Below, piece by piece: positions 54,306-63,266 of a stretch of DNA of 64,000 nt (its first letter is position 1; each line of letters starts with the position of its first letter). The stretch covers positions 345,159 through 409,158 of the forward strand of contig OW818634.1 in assembly GCA_942492765.1 (NCBI GenBank). Reading direction: 5' to 3'. This DNA is from an uncultured bacterium. Lineage in GTDB: Bacteria; Patescibacteriota; Patescibacteriia; Patescibacteriales; UBA12465. Position numbers and translations under genes: made by a program. A model generated the notes under the pieces. It worked only from the letters and a program-made list of their open reading frames with translations, made no database searches and was not told where the DNA came from.

Positions 54306-54935
54306 ATGGCTTTAGAGGCAACCCACATGAGATTCGCGCTTGATCTCCAGGATAAATATCAAGTCAAAGATACAGAAAAGTATATTGTTGGAGCTATCTA
54401 TCCCGATAGCCGATATTTTACCGGAATTGATAGAACGTTAACACATCCGGCTGACTACGATGATTGGAATTGGGGAGAGGCCGATGACTTTAAGAGAGGC
54501 TGGCTGGCGCATTTGCTGGTCGATGATATCCAATGGCAAGTAATCCAAGAAGTCCTGCCTGATATTTTTACGGGCGATTACGGTCATGATCACGAAATCT
54601 GGGTTAAACATACAGCAATAAAGATTCTTCAGGACATTGAAGACGCTAAAAAATTTAATATCAAGCTCTATCTGCCATATTTGGAATTTACCGCTAACCC
54701 GAATGGAGAAGATATGGAAAAAATCAAAGAATCTAACCAAGTAATCGCTAGGCTTTATACGGAACCGGATAAATTAGACATAAGCAGCTACCACGAGTTC
54801 TGGGAAGGTTTCGGAATCGACAGCGAATTAACCAAGAATCTTATCAGCCAAGCTGAGCAATACCGCACTGATAAGAGAATAATGGCCATAATTAATACTC
54901 TCTACCAAAAGATGCTAGACAAAATTAATCTATAA
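54306..54935 (+). CDS. hypothetical protein (209 aa), first gene after the T-box-like leader
   Basis: It is His/Asp/Trp-rich (THMRFALD..., HLLVDD). It possibly has a metal-dependent hydrolase-like fold, but I make no firm family call. Confidence 0.5.
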   Translation: MALEATHMRFALDLQDKYQVKDTEKYIVGAIYPDSRYFTGIDRTLTHPADYDDWNWGEADDFKRGWLAHLLVDDIQWQVIQEVLPDIFTGDYGHDHEIWVKHTAIKILQDIEDAKKFNIKLYLPYLEFTANPNGEDMEKIKESNQVIARLYTEPDKLDISSYHEFWEGFGIDSELTKNLISQAEQYRTDKRIMAIINTLYQKMLDKINL

Positions 54936-54946
54936 TAATCAACTAT

Positions 54947-55900
54947 ATGAAAAACGAAATCAACGTCGAAGTGAAGCGCCATTCCCTGTCGCATCTCTTA
55001 GCCGCGGCGATCAAAGAACTTTGGCCGAACGCCAAGCTCGCTATCGGACCAGCAATCGAAAACGGCTTCTATTATGACATCGACTTTGGCGATGAGAAGA
55101 TCAGCGATACTAATCTCAAAGAAATCGAAAAAAAGATGGCTCATCTCTTGAAGCAGAATCTGAAATTCGAACGCAGCGAATTGCCGATCGATGAAGGAAT
55201 AAAAAAAGCGAAAGCTGAAGGCGAAATCTATAAGGCGGAACTCATCAGCGACTTAAAAGCTCAAGGAGAAAAGATTGTCAGTTATTATACGGTTGGAAAA
55301 TTCACTGACCTCTGCCGCGGCCCTCATGTCGAAAACACCAACCAGATCAAGCCGGGCAGCTTCAAGCTAGACAAGCTCGCTGGCGCTTATTGGCGCGGCG
55401 ACGAGAAGAACAAGATGCTCACTCGCATCTACGGCTTAGCTTTTGACACTAAAGAAGAATTGGATACTTATTTAAAGATGATGGCCGAGGCGGAAAAACG
55501 GGATCATCGCAAAATCGGCAAGGAACAGGACCTGTTCATGCTCCACGAATGGGCGCCAGGAATCCCCTTCTTCCTGCCTAAAGGTATGACTATGCTGATA
55601 GAGCTCTTAAAATTCATCCGAGAATATTCTTATGGAGACGGCTACCGCGAAGTTAGGACGCCACAATTATTAAACGCGGAGCTTTGGAAAACTTCTGGCC
55701 ACTGGGATCATTACCAGGAAGATATGTTCATCCTCCACCACGCCGACGATGAGTGCGACCTGGGTATCAAGCCGATGAATTGTCCGGCGCACATGCTCGT
55801 CTTCAAGCGCGATATTCATTCTTACCGCGACCTGCCCTTGCGCTTAGCTGAAACTACGACCCTATACCGCAACGAAAAATCAGCACCCTGCACGGTCTGA
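54947..55900 (+). CDS. thrS: threonine--tRNA ligase, N-terminal part (editing/SAD domain and start of the class II core); interrupted by an apparent frameshift
   Basis: H.LSH.L..A motif, DLCRGPH and class II motif 1 are present. The frame ends inside motif 2 (YRNEKS|...) at the TGA at 55898-55900. Confidence 0.85.
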   Translation: MKNEINVEVKRHSLSHLLAAAIKELWPNAKLAIGPAIENGFYYDIDFGDEKISDTNLKEIEKKMAHLLKQNLKFERSELPIDEGIKKAKAEGEIYKAELISDLKAQGEKIVSYYTVGKFTDLCRGPHVENTNQIKPGSFKLDKLAGAYWRGDEKNKMLTRIYGLAFDTKEELDTYLKMMAEAEKRDHRKIGKEQDLFMLHEWAPGIPFFLPKGMTMLIELLKFIREYSYGDGYREVRTPQLLNAELWKTSGHWDHYQEDMFILHHADDECDLGIKPMNCPAHMLVFKRDIHSYRDLPLRLAETTTLYRNEKSAPCTV

Positions 55901-55905
55901 CGCGC

Positions 55906-56691
55906 GTGCGCAGCTTATCACAGGATGATTCCCATATCTTCGCCCGCCCCGACCAGATATTGGATGAAATATCCGTCTTGCTGGGAAAAATCAAGAATAT
56001 CTATCAAATTTTCAATCTGAATATCGACGAAATTCATTTATCAACCCGTCCGGAGCATTTTATGGGCGAGAAAGCTGTCTGGGACCAAGCGGAAGATAAT
56101 CTGAAGACCGCGCTCGAGAATGCGGGATTAAAATATAAGATCAATGAGGGCGACGGTGCCTTTTATGGCCCGAAAATCGATGTCAAAGTCAAAGACGCGA
56201 TCGGACGCCAATGGCAATTGGCGACAATCCAATTAGATTTTCAGCTGCCGAGCCGCTTTGACCTGGCTTATACTGATTCTGACGGCGCCAAAAAAACTCC
56301 GGTCGTGATCCATCGCGCCCTGTTAGGTTCCATGGAAAGATTCATGGGTGTCATCATCGAACATTATTCCGGCGTCTTCCCGGTCTGGCTTTCCCCTGTC
56401 CAGGTCAAGATCGTCTCGGTCGCTGAAACCCATGTTCCGGCTTGCGAGAAACTGGCTGCTGAATTCAAGCAGGCTGGCATCCGCGTCGAGATAGATGATG
56501 CTAACGAGACCGTCGGCAACAAAATCCGTAAGGCCGCTAACGAAAAGGTGCCTTACATGCTCGTCATCGGCGATAAGGAGGCTAATTCCCCGACTCTCGC
56601 TGTCCGCGACCGCGGCGCTATGGAAACGAGAGACATTTCTAAAGATGCTTTTATTTCCGAAATCTTAGGCAATATCAAGAATTATCGCTAG
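55906..56691 (+). CDS. thrS: threonine--tRNA ligase, C-terminal part (rest of the catalytic core and the anticodon-binding domain)
   Basis: This frame already reads TLHGLTRVRSLSQDDSHIF from 55885. Motif 3 and the anticodon-binding domain follow. The true gene is 54947-56691, with one nucleotide missing near 55883. Confidence 0.85.
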   Translation: MRSLSQDDSHIFARPDQILDEISVLLGKIKNIYQIFNLNIDEIHLSTRPEHFMGEKAVWDQAEDNLKTALENAGLKYKINEGDGAFYGPKIDVKVKDAIGRQWQLATIQLDFQLPSRFDLAYTDSDGAKKTPVVIHRALLGSMERFMGVIIEHYSGVFPVWLSPVQVKIVSVAETHVPACEKLAAEFKQAGIRVEIDDANETVGNKIRKAANEKVPYMLVIGDKEANSPTLAVRDRGAMETRDISKDAFISEILGNIKNYR

Positions 56692-56704
56692 CCGACTTAA
56701 AATA

Positions 56705-56713
56705 TGCTATTAT
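56705..56713 (+). promoter_or_regulatory. extended -10-like element (tgctattat)
   Basis: It lies 40 nt upstream of the ATG at 56754. Confidence 0.35.
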
Positions 56714-56753
56714 GAATCTACGTAAAACTTAAAAAAATAATAACATATTCCAT

Positions 56754-57119
56754 ATGAATAAAATGAAAATATTCTTCAAGAAAAACTGGATGCTGATAAT
56801 ACTAGTGATCGTTATAATGTTCATCTTGGCAATCGTGCGCGCTAGAAGCCAAGTTAATATGATTCTCTTCTATAGCGACTCTTGCCCGCATTGCAAGAAC
56901 GTGGAGGCCTACGTCCTAGAGAACGGAGTCAAAGACAAGATAAAATTCGCCGAGAAAGAAGTCTCCCAGAACAAGGCTAATGCCTCCCTGCTGGAAAGTA
57001 AGGCTCGCCAATGCGGCCTTGACCCGAACCAGGGCCTCGGCGTCCCCTTCTTTTTCAATGGCCAGGAATGCTTGATGGGCGACGAGCCGATCATAGATTA
57101 TTTCAAATCTCTGAAATAA
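56754..57119 (+). CDS. membrane-anchored thioredoxin/glutaredoxin-fold protein (CPHC)
   Basis: An N-terminal TM segment is followed by ILFYSDSCPHCKNVE and the cis-Pro region GVPFFF. Confidence 0.6.
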   Translation: MNKMKIFFKKNWMLIILVIVIMFILAIVRARSQVNMILFYSDSCPHCKNVEAYVLENGVKDKIKFAEKEVSQNKANASLLESKARQCGLDPNQGLGVPFFFNGQECLMGDEPIIDYFKSLK

Positions 57120-57125
57120 AAAATT

Positions 57126-57650
57126 ATGTTAACCAGTCAAAACAGAAATAAAGCCGTCGCTCTTGCTTCTGCCGGCGGGCTCGCTTTCGCACTGAAAGCC
57201 CAGGCGATCTGCCCGGTCTGCGTCATCGCGGTCGGCGCCGGTCTAGGACTGAGTGAATACCTAGGCATCGACGATACTGTCGCCGGTGTTTGGATAGGTG
57301 GCATGCTGGTCGCGATCACTATCTGGACCATCAACTGGCTGAATAAGAAAAATTGGTCCCTGGGAAATAAGGATATCCGCGATCTTCTCATCGCCATTCT
57401 CTATTACGGACTGACCCTCTGGCCTCTCTGGGGACAAGGCTTCATCGGCAATCCGGCTAATCGCCTCTGGGGGCTTGATAAGCTGATTATCGGCGTCGGC
57501 GCTGGCAGCCTCGGCTTCCTGGTCTTTACCCTCTGGTATGACCGGATCAAGAAGCGTCGCGGCCACGCTTATTTCCCTTTCCAGAAAGTCGCTATGCCAG
57601 TCGGAGCCTTAGCCGTCTTAAGCTTAATATTTTATTTATTAACCAAGTAA
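57126..57650 (+). CDS. polytopic membrane protein with a single CPVC motif
   Basis: 174-aa ORF with about 5 TM segments. Its only cysteines are in AICPVCVIAVG, at the start of the first TM after a signal-like segment. Confidence 0.5.
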   Translation: MLTSQNRNKAVALASAGGLAFALKAQAICPVCVIAVGAGLGLSEYLGIDDTVAGVWIGGMLVAITIWTINWLNKKNWSLGNKDIRDLLIAILYYGLTLWPLWGQGFIGNPANRLWGLDKLIIGVGAGSLGFLVFTLWYDRIKKRRGHAYFPFQKVAMPVGALAVLSLIFYLLTK

Positions 57651-57654
57651 AAAT

Positions 57655-58182
57655 ATGCCTGATATCTTAAGTCTGCATGACATGATCGAAAAAGTAGACA
57701 AGCTCAAGAAAGACAATGTCCTTGATCTTTCCTCTGATCAGGATCTCTCCATTGCGATCATGAATCTGGTCAGTATCGAGGAGCACTTCTTCTTTACGGG
57801 GGCTAAGACCGGCAATCCAAAATATTACGACCTGCTCGCCGAAGTCCGCGAGATGCGTAAAGACCTCCTTAAGAAAATCGTCAAGGAATATGAAGGCGAA
57901 GTCTGGTGCATTTCCAAACATCTGCTCGGCGCTTCCTATCGCTTGATGGAAGTGGGCACCAAAGCGCAAGGCAAGGGGGATAAGAAGGAAGCGGAAGAGA
58001 TGTTCAAGAAAGCTTATGACTTATATTCCATGTTCTGGGGCTTAAATATGAAGCTGATCGATCTCGGCGATATCAAGAAGATTGAAGAAGGCGCTCTGAA
58101 CAACGAAGATGAGGAGCCGCACGGATTCGCTGGCAAGCTCGGCGCGCTCGTCAAGAAAGTCATCAATTGCTGCATCGAATAA
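57655..58182 (+). CDS. hypothetical cytoplasmic helical protein (175 aa)
   Basis: The ORF follows the previous gene after a 4-nt gap. I recognise no family. Confidence 0.5.
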   Translation: MPDILSLHDMIEKVDKLKKDNVLDLSSDQDLSIAIMNLVSIEEHFFFTGAKTGNPKYYDLLAEVREMRKDLLKKIVKEYEGEVWCISKHLLGASYRLMEVGTKAQGKGDKKEAEEMFKKAYDLYSMFWGLNMKLIDLGDIKKIEEGALNNEDEEPHGFAGKLGALVKKVINCCIE

Positions 58183-58204
58183 GCCAAGATTATCATAAAA
58201 CACA

Positions 58205-58229
58205 AAAGACTGTCTGCCCGACAGTCTTT
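58205..58229. terminator. bidirectional hairpin between convergent genes
   Basis: The stem aaagactgtc/gacagtcttt is flanked by A and T runs. Confidence 0.55.
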
Positions 58230-59077
58230 TATTTTTCAACTACGATCATCTCCCGGACCAATATCTTCGGAAAAGGCAATTTATATCCAGTGTCATAGGA
58301 CCGGATAGCATTGAATATAATCGATGAACTATAGCGATAATTCTCGCCGCGTCGCGTGCCCGGGTCGTTAGTGATGAATTGCTCTGTCTGATAATCATAG
58401 CCCTTGATGACAATCATGTGTTCTTCTGGACCAGGAGCTTTAAAATTAGGATTCTTCAGGGCGCGACCGTTAGTCGGAACCAAGACGATATTCCCCCGCT
58501 CTAACTCTTTCAAAATATCCGAAGAGCTGGCGACTGGCTTGATCGCTACTTTTTCGTAGCTAAAATAATCATTGAACAGCCAGCTCACTACGTCTTTAAG
58601 AGCGACATCGCGATGTTCGCCATACTTTTCCTGTTCAAAATCAGCTAGCGTCAGTATCCTAGCTAGCCATTCTTCTTTAGAAATATTATTTTCTTTGTTG
58701 ACCCAAGCCATCGCCATGGCGACGCTGGCTTCTTCGCAGCCGTCTTGCTGGCGCTCATCGCTCCATTCGCCGAGCGGCGCCTGAGAAGTGAACGGAACTG
58801 GGATGATAAAACTGGATGACGAAGCTTTGGGCACAACTGCCGGAATCGTAGTCGTAGCCGCCGGAGTCATAGTCGCCGTTATTTTCAGAGCTGGCACAGA
58901 AACAAGAACCGAACTCGAGGCGGAAGACACGGGCGTAGACGATGCTGGAGATATAATAGCAGGCAAAGACGGAGCAGAAGGCACTGGGACGTTTTTGTTC
59001 ATCAAAGTCGGCAAGAATAATCCGATTAGCGCCAACCCGAAAATTAACAATAAATATTTTAAACTCCTTTTCATCAT
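58229..59077 (-). CDS. secreted C39-like (Peptidase_C39_2 type) cysteine peptidase domain protein
   Basis: A signal anchor and an S/T/A/P-rich linker are followed by VPFTSQAP.GEW.......GCEEAS.AMA.AW. Confidence 0.65.
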   Translation of the reverse strand: MMKRSLKYLLLIFGLALIGLFLPTLMNKNVPVPSAPSLPAIISPASSTPVSSASSSVLVSVPALKITATMTPAATTTIPAVVPKASSSSFIIPVPFTSQAPLGEWSDERQQDGCEEASVAMAMAWVNKENNISKEEWLARILTLADFEQEKYGEHRDVALKDVVSWLFNDYFSYEKVAIKPVASSSDILKELERGNIVLVPTNGRALKNPNFKAPGPEEHMIVIKGYDYQTEQFITNDPGTRRGENYRYSSSIIFNAIRSYDTGYKLPFPKILVREMIVVEK

Positions 59078-59745
59078 ATCTTATTATCTTTATTCTCTTT
59101 CTTAAACAGAACATAAGAATAAATGGTAATCCAGGCCATCAAGGCTATCAATCCACCGATAAGGATTACGAAAGCAACAGTCGGCGCGAGCCAGGGTGCG
59201 AGAATTAAGCCTAGCCCCCAGATCATGAATAAGCGGCCGCCGAGACGATGCGTCTTATTCCAGACATTATCGGAAGATAATGTCCAAGGAGTCCGCAAGC
59301 CCATAAACCAATTGCGCTTCAGCTTGCCGAAATAATTTCCGAGAGCAATCATTAGCAAACCGATAGCGCCAGAAACGACGACGCCGATATTGACAGCGTA
59401 GCCGAGATTAGAGAAAGTGGCCGCCGCAAAGACCACTAAAAAGACTGATAATATCAGATTGCGGAAGATCCGATAGACGCCGGCGAATTCCTGGTAGCGC
59501 TCGCCTTTGGGGTCAAGCAGCGGCATGACGCTGAACAAGATATACATAGCGACTAAGATGCCGGGAAACAAGATAGAGTGGAACTCGCGGCTGCTCCAGC
59601 CGTTCGCTCGGCCGTAGAAATCCCAATGCGTGACGACTTGCGCCGGTAATTGCGGATAAGCCCAGAGGCTCAAGCCGATGGCAGCCAAAAGGAGCAGGGC
59701 TGGCCAGATTTCTGTCTTAAACGAATACTTGATAGGATTGTTCAT
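59074..59745 (-). CDS. SdpI-family membrane protein (DUF1648 plus SdpI domains)
   Basis: LP..V.THWDF.G.ANGW is present. LGN.FGKLKRNWFMGLRTPWTLSSD.VW..THR follows. Confidence 0.8.
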   Translation of the reverse strand: MNNPIKYSFKTEIWPALLLLAAIGLSLWAYPQLPAQVVTHWDFYGRANGWSSREFHSILFPGILVAMYILFSVMPLLDPKGERYQEFAGVYRIFRNLILSVFLVVFAAATFSNLGYAVNIGVVVSGAIGLLMIALGNYFGKLKRNWFMGLRTPWTLSSDNVWNKTHRLGGRLFMIWGLGLILAPWLAPTVAFVILIGGLIALMAWITIYSYVLFKKENKDNKI

Positions 59746-59751
59746 ATATTT

Positions 59752-60051
59752 TTATAAATTTCCCTTCTTAAGCATCTTAGCAATCCCTTCCATGATCTCA
59801 TCGGCGACGCTCAGATTAATCTCATAAAAAATCTGCCGGCCGTCGCGGCGCGAGGAGACTAGGTCGGCGCGGCGCAGGATATCGAGGTGATGCGACAGGG
59901 TCGCTAGCGTAATATCGACGCTTTTCGCGATCTCGCTGACCGGCAATTCCGATTTCTTCAGGCAGCGCAAGATCTTCTGGCGGTTCGGATCAGCGAGAGC
60001 GGCAAAAGTTCGGCTTAGAGACATAGGCGATTGATTGATATTTAGATACAT
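59752..60051 (-). CDS. ArsR/SdpR-family winged-helix transcriptional regulator
   Basis: The motif FAALADPNR..IL..L......V.EIA......L.T.SHHL..L..A.LV..RR.GR...Y.I is present. Confidence 0.85.
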   Translation of the reverse strand: MYLNINQSPMSLSRTFAALADPNRQKILRCLKKSELPVSEIAKSVDITLATLSHHLDILRRADLVSSRRDGRQIFYEINLSVADEIMEGIAKMLKKGNL

Positions 60052-60098
60052 ATCTAATTATATCTCTAAAAAGAAAAGGCGTCAAGCCTAATATTATA

Positions 60099-60980
60099 TT
60101 ACGAGACTGCCTCTGGTTGGATAATAATCTTATCTTTTTCTATTATTAAATATTTTGGATCTGCCAAGAAATGATCGGCAGTATGATAGAAGAGCAGGAG
60201 TTTGCCGTCCCAATCGACAATCCTGCCGACATAATTGCCCGCCGGAACGAGAGATTCGCCAACCGACTCCCTAAAACCATGAAGCGGGCTGTCGGAAACG
60301 GCATATCTAATCTCGTTCTTGATATCATCACAAAAGATTAAAAACCATTTTCCCGCTAAATGATAAATAGCCGGACATTCTACGATATGGTATTTTCCGG
60401 GGGAGTAGATCGGCTGATGATATTTAATAGAATTATCATCAGCGATTTCCGCCAAACCGACGCAAGCGTTGTCTTCATGGTTGACGGATTTATCTTTGGC
60501 CGCAAAAATCAGATATCTGCGGCCCGCGGATGCAACGCTCCAAGGATCACGGAATAGGATGGCTGGCTCATCAGGATACCATTTATCGATCCGATCAATC
60601 TCATCGGAATATATGGGGTTATCGGCCGAAAGAGCTAGCAGGGGCTGGCTCTGACGGCTCCAATTGCGCAAATCCTTGGAATAGGCAACGCCAATCGACT
60701 GGTGGAGACGACTGCCCCGACCTAAGGCACTATAATACAACACGAACCCATCGTCAGTCTTGACTAGATGCATGGCCCATAAGCTTTTACAATCCCAACC
60801 CCCGATGCTCGGCTGCATTATAATCCCCTCCTCTTCCCAACTAAAACCGTCTCGAGACGAAGCTAACCCAAAAATATTTTCATCCTCGGTTTCACTCGAA
60901 GTTATATAAATCATCCATAATCTGCCGCGCCAAGAAACAATATCGAAATCCCGGCAGTCGCCATTCTTCGGTTTGAACAT
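60099..60980 (-). CDS. GH32/GH-J-clan-like five-bladed beta-propeller glycoside hydrolase
   Basis: An RDP motif (LFRDPW) and an EC motif (IVECPAIY) occur in GH32 order. The N-terminal nucleophile motif is not canonical. Confidence 0.45.
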   Translation of the reverse strand: MFKPKNGDCRDFDIVSWRGRLWMIYITSSETEDENIFGLASSRDGFSWEEEGIIMQPSIGGWDCKSLWAMHLVKTDDGFVLYYSALGRGSRLHQSIGVAYSKDLRNWSRQSQPLLALSADNPIYSDEIDRIDKWYPDEPAILFRDPWSVASAGRRYLIFAAKDKSVNHEDNACVGLAEIADDNSIKYHQPIYSPGKYHIVECPAIYHLAGKWFLIFCDDIKNEIRYAVSDSPLHGFRESVGESLVPAGNYVGRIVDWDGKLLLFYHTADHFLADPKYLIIEKDKIIIQPEAVS

Positions 60981-60992
60981 ATAATTAAATAA

Positions 60993-61688
60993 TTATGGCT
61001 TAAGCTTATACTCTACGAACTTCCCTTTATCCGGCGATACGGAACAAAAAATAATCACTCTGCGCTTCAAATCATAAATAAAAGCGCATCTGGTGGTCGA
61101 TATAGACTCTCTGCCCCGACAAATACTATAAAGCGGGTATCCCTTTTTATCCGATAGAAATTTTTTAATGCCGTTTAAACTTTTAATATCTTTGAGGAGC
61201 TCCCTTCCTCTTAATAGTCTAATTTTTGAAGCTAGTCTCGTCTCTTTTAATTTAGACCCGTTTTTTCTGCTTAATTTAAGACTTATGTTAGTGATTACTC
61301 CTCCGTCCCTAAGCCTAGTAACGGCAAAATCATCCGGGGTTTTCTCCACGATAAAAGCTGTTTTTCCATCAGAAAGAATGCTATTAAACGAGCAGCGACT
61401 CCCCTCTATGACTTTCAAAGCCTCCTTAATATCTTTCTGGTCTAAGAGGCGTCTAGTTATCGTGGAAGAGTCGGGATATTTAACCGGCGGATAAGGCCTG
61501 AGAGTAGCCTCAACAATGCCTATGCCATATTCATTCAACCCTTCGCAATGGCCTTTTTCATCGACGATAAGCAGTTTTTTGACTAGGCCGGTTTCTCTTA
61601 CCACCCTCGTCTTAGCCTTCCTCTCTAAATCGCGAGTCTTAAAGATCAGAAAACTGTCATTTATTTTCTTAGCGGCTAGAGTGCACAT
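60993..61688 (-). CDS. Ntn-hydrolase-like protein (C45/acyltransferase-like, N-terminal Cys)
   Basis: It starts MCT..., with Cys2 as the putative nucleophile. ...TRD, NE.G and a ~230-aa size are compatible with the family. Confidence 0.45.
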   Translation of the reverse strand: MCTLAAKKINDSFLIFKTRDLERKAKTRVVRETGLVKKLLIVDEKGHCEGLNEYGIGIVEATLRPYPPVKYPDSSTITRRLLDQKDIKEALKVIEGSRCSFNSILSDGKTAFIVEKTPDDFAVTRLRDGGVITNISLKLSRKNGSKLKETRLASKIRLLRGRELLKDIKSLNGIKKFLSDKKGYPLYSICRGRESISTTRCAFIYDLKRRVIIFCSVSPDKGKFVEYKLKP

Positions 61689-61707
61689 ATATTATCTTAA
61701 ATAAAAA

Positions 61708-62901
61708 TTACTCACTTATTGAGATTTTTTTTCGCAAAGCAAAGCTGATGATTCCCAAAAAGAGCGTAATAAGATAGACTAAGTGATAATTAAAATTCAG
61801 CTTCTGCGTGTAACTGAGCAGGAAAATAAACAGCGCCGCAATTATTGGATAAATGAAATAAAAGAAAGCGAAGTAAGCTTCTTTATCCCCTTCTCCGGCG
61901 CATTTTATTAATTCCACTTTTTCCACCAAACTCAAGGCGCCGACGGCAAAACCCGTGATAAATAAAGCTAAAAATAAAAAGAATAGACTATCGGCTCCCT
62001 GCCAAATTAAGCTAGAAGCTAGCGTCAATATTCCGAGCTGCCAAGATTTTGCGCCAAAACTTCTATTTTCATAATAATTACGCAATAGATAAAAAGCTAG
62101 GGCAGAGCTCGCAGTAATGACAATAAATGACAGCGGGATAAAATAATAGGAAAGCTCCAGAACTTTGATCATAAAATATTCCATATAAAGCAGGTTACCG
62201 ATCAAAACGCAATTGACGATATTGAACCAAGAAATAAACCAGATGAATCCCTTATCGCTGAGAGTTTTTTTCATTCGAGCTAAAATATTATTTTTTATCA
62301 AGCGCTCACGGGCAGAATCCGGATAAAACAAATAGGTTCCCATCTCTAAGTTGCTAACCATGAACGAGCTCAAATAAAGAACACTCAATAATAACAAAGT
62401 GGGCGGGCTAAATTTTAAAACGAAAAAAGCCACTAAAAACCCGGCGATCCCGCTGACGTTCCCTACTAAGCTGCGCACGCTAAAAAAATAATTTTTGAAT
62501 TTATTCGGCACGATTGAATCCATCCAAGAGAACCAGCACAGATAGCTCCCCCTGCCAGCTAATCCGCTTAAAAATACCGCCAGCGCAACAGCGACAAACC
62601 AATATTTGAATTGGGTAAAAGCAATGACGGCAAAAATCAGATGGGGTAACGTATCAGGAATCATGGACAACACTTGTGAGTATTTTCGGCTTTTAAACAG
62701 ATTCAGGAACTTAAGTCCATAAAATTGAGAAAATATCTGACCGACAAAATGCAGGCTGCTGATTAAACCGATATTAAAAGCACTCGCGCCGAAGGCTACC
62801 AACAGAGTATTAATTGACACCGCTAAGGCCGAGCTTAAATTGGTCAAGCCGCCGCTGATGAATCCGAGAGTAAAAAATTTTGGTTTAGGGGAGTCAGACA
62901 T
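61708..62901 (-). CDS. MFS-type transporter
   Basis: 397-aa ORF with about 12 TM segments in a 6+6 arrangement and a central basic loop. Confidence 0.6.
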   Translation of the reverse strand: MSDSPKPKFFTLGFISGGLTNLSSALAVSINTLLVAFGASAFNIGLISSLHFVGQIFSQFYGLKFLNLFKSRKYSQVLSMIPDTLPHLIFAVIAFTQFKYWFVAVALAVFLSGLAGRGSYLCWFSWMDSIVPNKFKNYFFSVRSLVGNVSGIAGFLVAFFVLKFSPPTLLLLSVLYLSSFMVSNLEMGTYLFYPDSARERLIKNNILARMKKTLSDKGFIWFISWFNIVNCVLIGNLLYMEYFMIKVLELSYYFIPLSFIVITASSALAFYLLRNYYENRSFGAKSWQLGILTLASSLIWQGADSLFFLFLALFITGFAVGALSLVEKVELIKCAGEGDKEAYFAFFYFIYPIIAALFIFLLSYTQKLNFNYHLVYLITLFLGIISFALRKKISISE

Positions 62902-63035
62902 ATAAAGAATTTACCAGACAGAGAGGATAAGACAAGTTTGAAAAGATTATTTCTTAAGTCTCATGCCTGCATGCTATTCCGAAACAATAAACTTTCTATC
63001 AAAAATAGCTCCTATTCAGGGGCTATTTAAATCTG

Positions 63036-63126
63036 CGGAGAAGGAGGGATTCGAACCCTCGATAGGGGTTTACACCCCTATAACAGGTTAGCAACCTGCC
63101 GCTTTCAGCCGCTCAGCCACCTCTCC
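63036..63126 (-). tRNA. tRNA-Ser (anticodon GCT)
   Basis: Reverse complement GGAGAGGTGGCTGAGCGG...GCAGG-TTGCTAA-CCTGT folds as a cloverleaf. It has a long variable arm and a GAGGG-TTCGAAT-CCCTC T arm. Confidence 0.9.
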
Positions 63127-63198
63127 ATCGTCTATTGAATTGTCGTGCGGTTTCTATCAGCTCAACGAGCCATCCCGCTTCCGCTTTTTCCTATTTTT

Positions 63199-63207
63199 TG
63201 ATATAAT
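63199..63207 (+). promoter_or_regulatory. extended -10 element (tgatataat)
   Basis: It lies 59 nt upstream of the ATG at 63267. Confidence 0.45.
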
Positions 63208-63266
63208 CACTATATAAAATCTAGTCTCGCTTGTCAAACCGCCCCGCTCACGGCGGCCCTAAAAAT

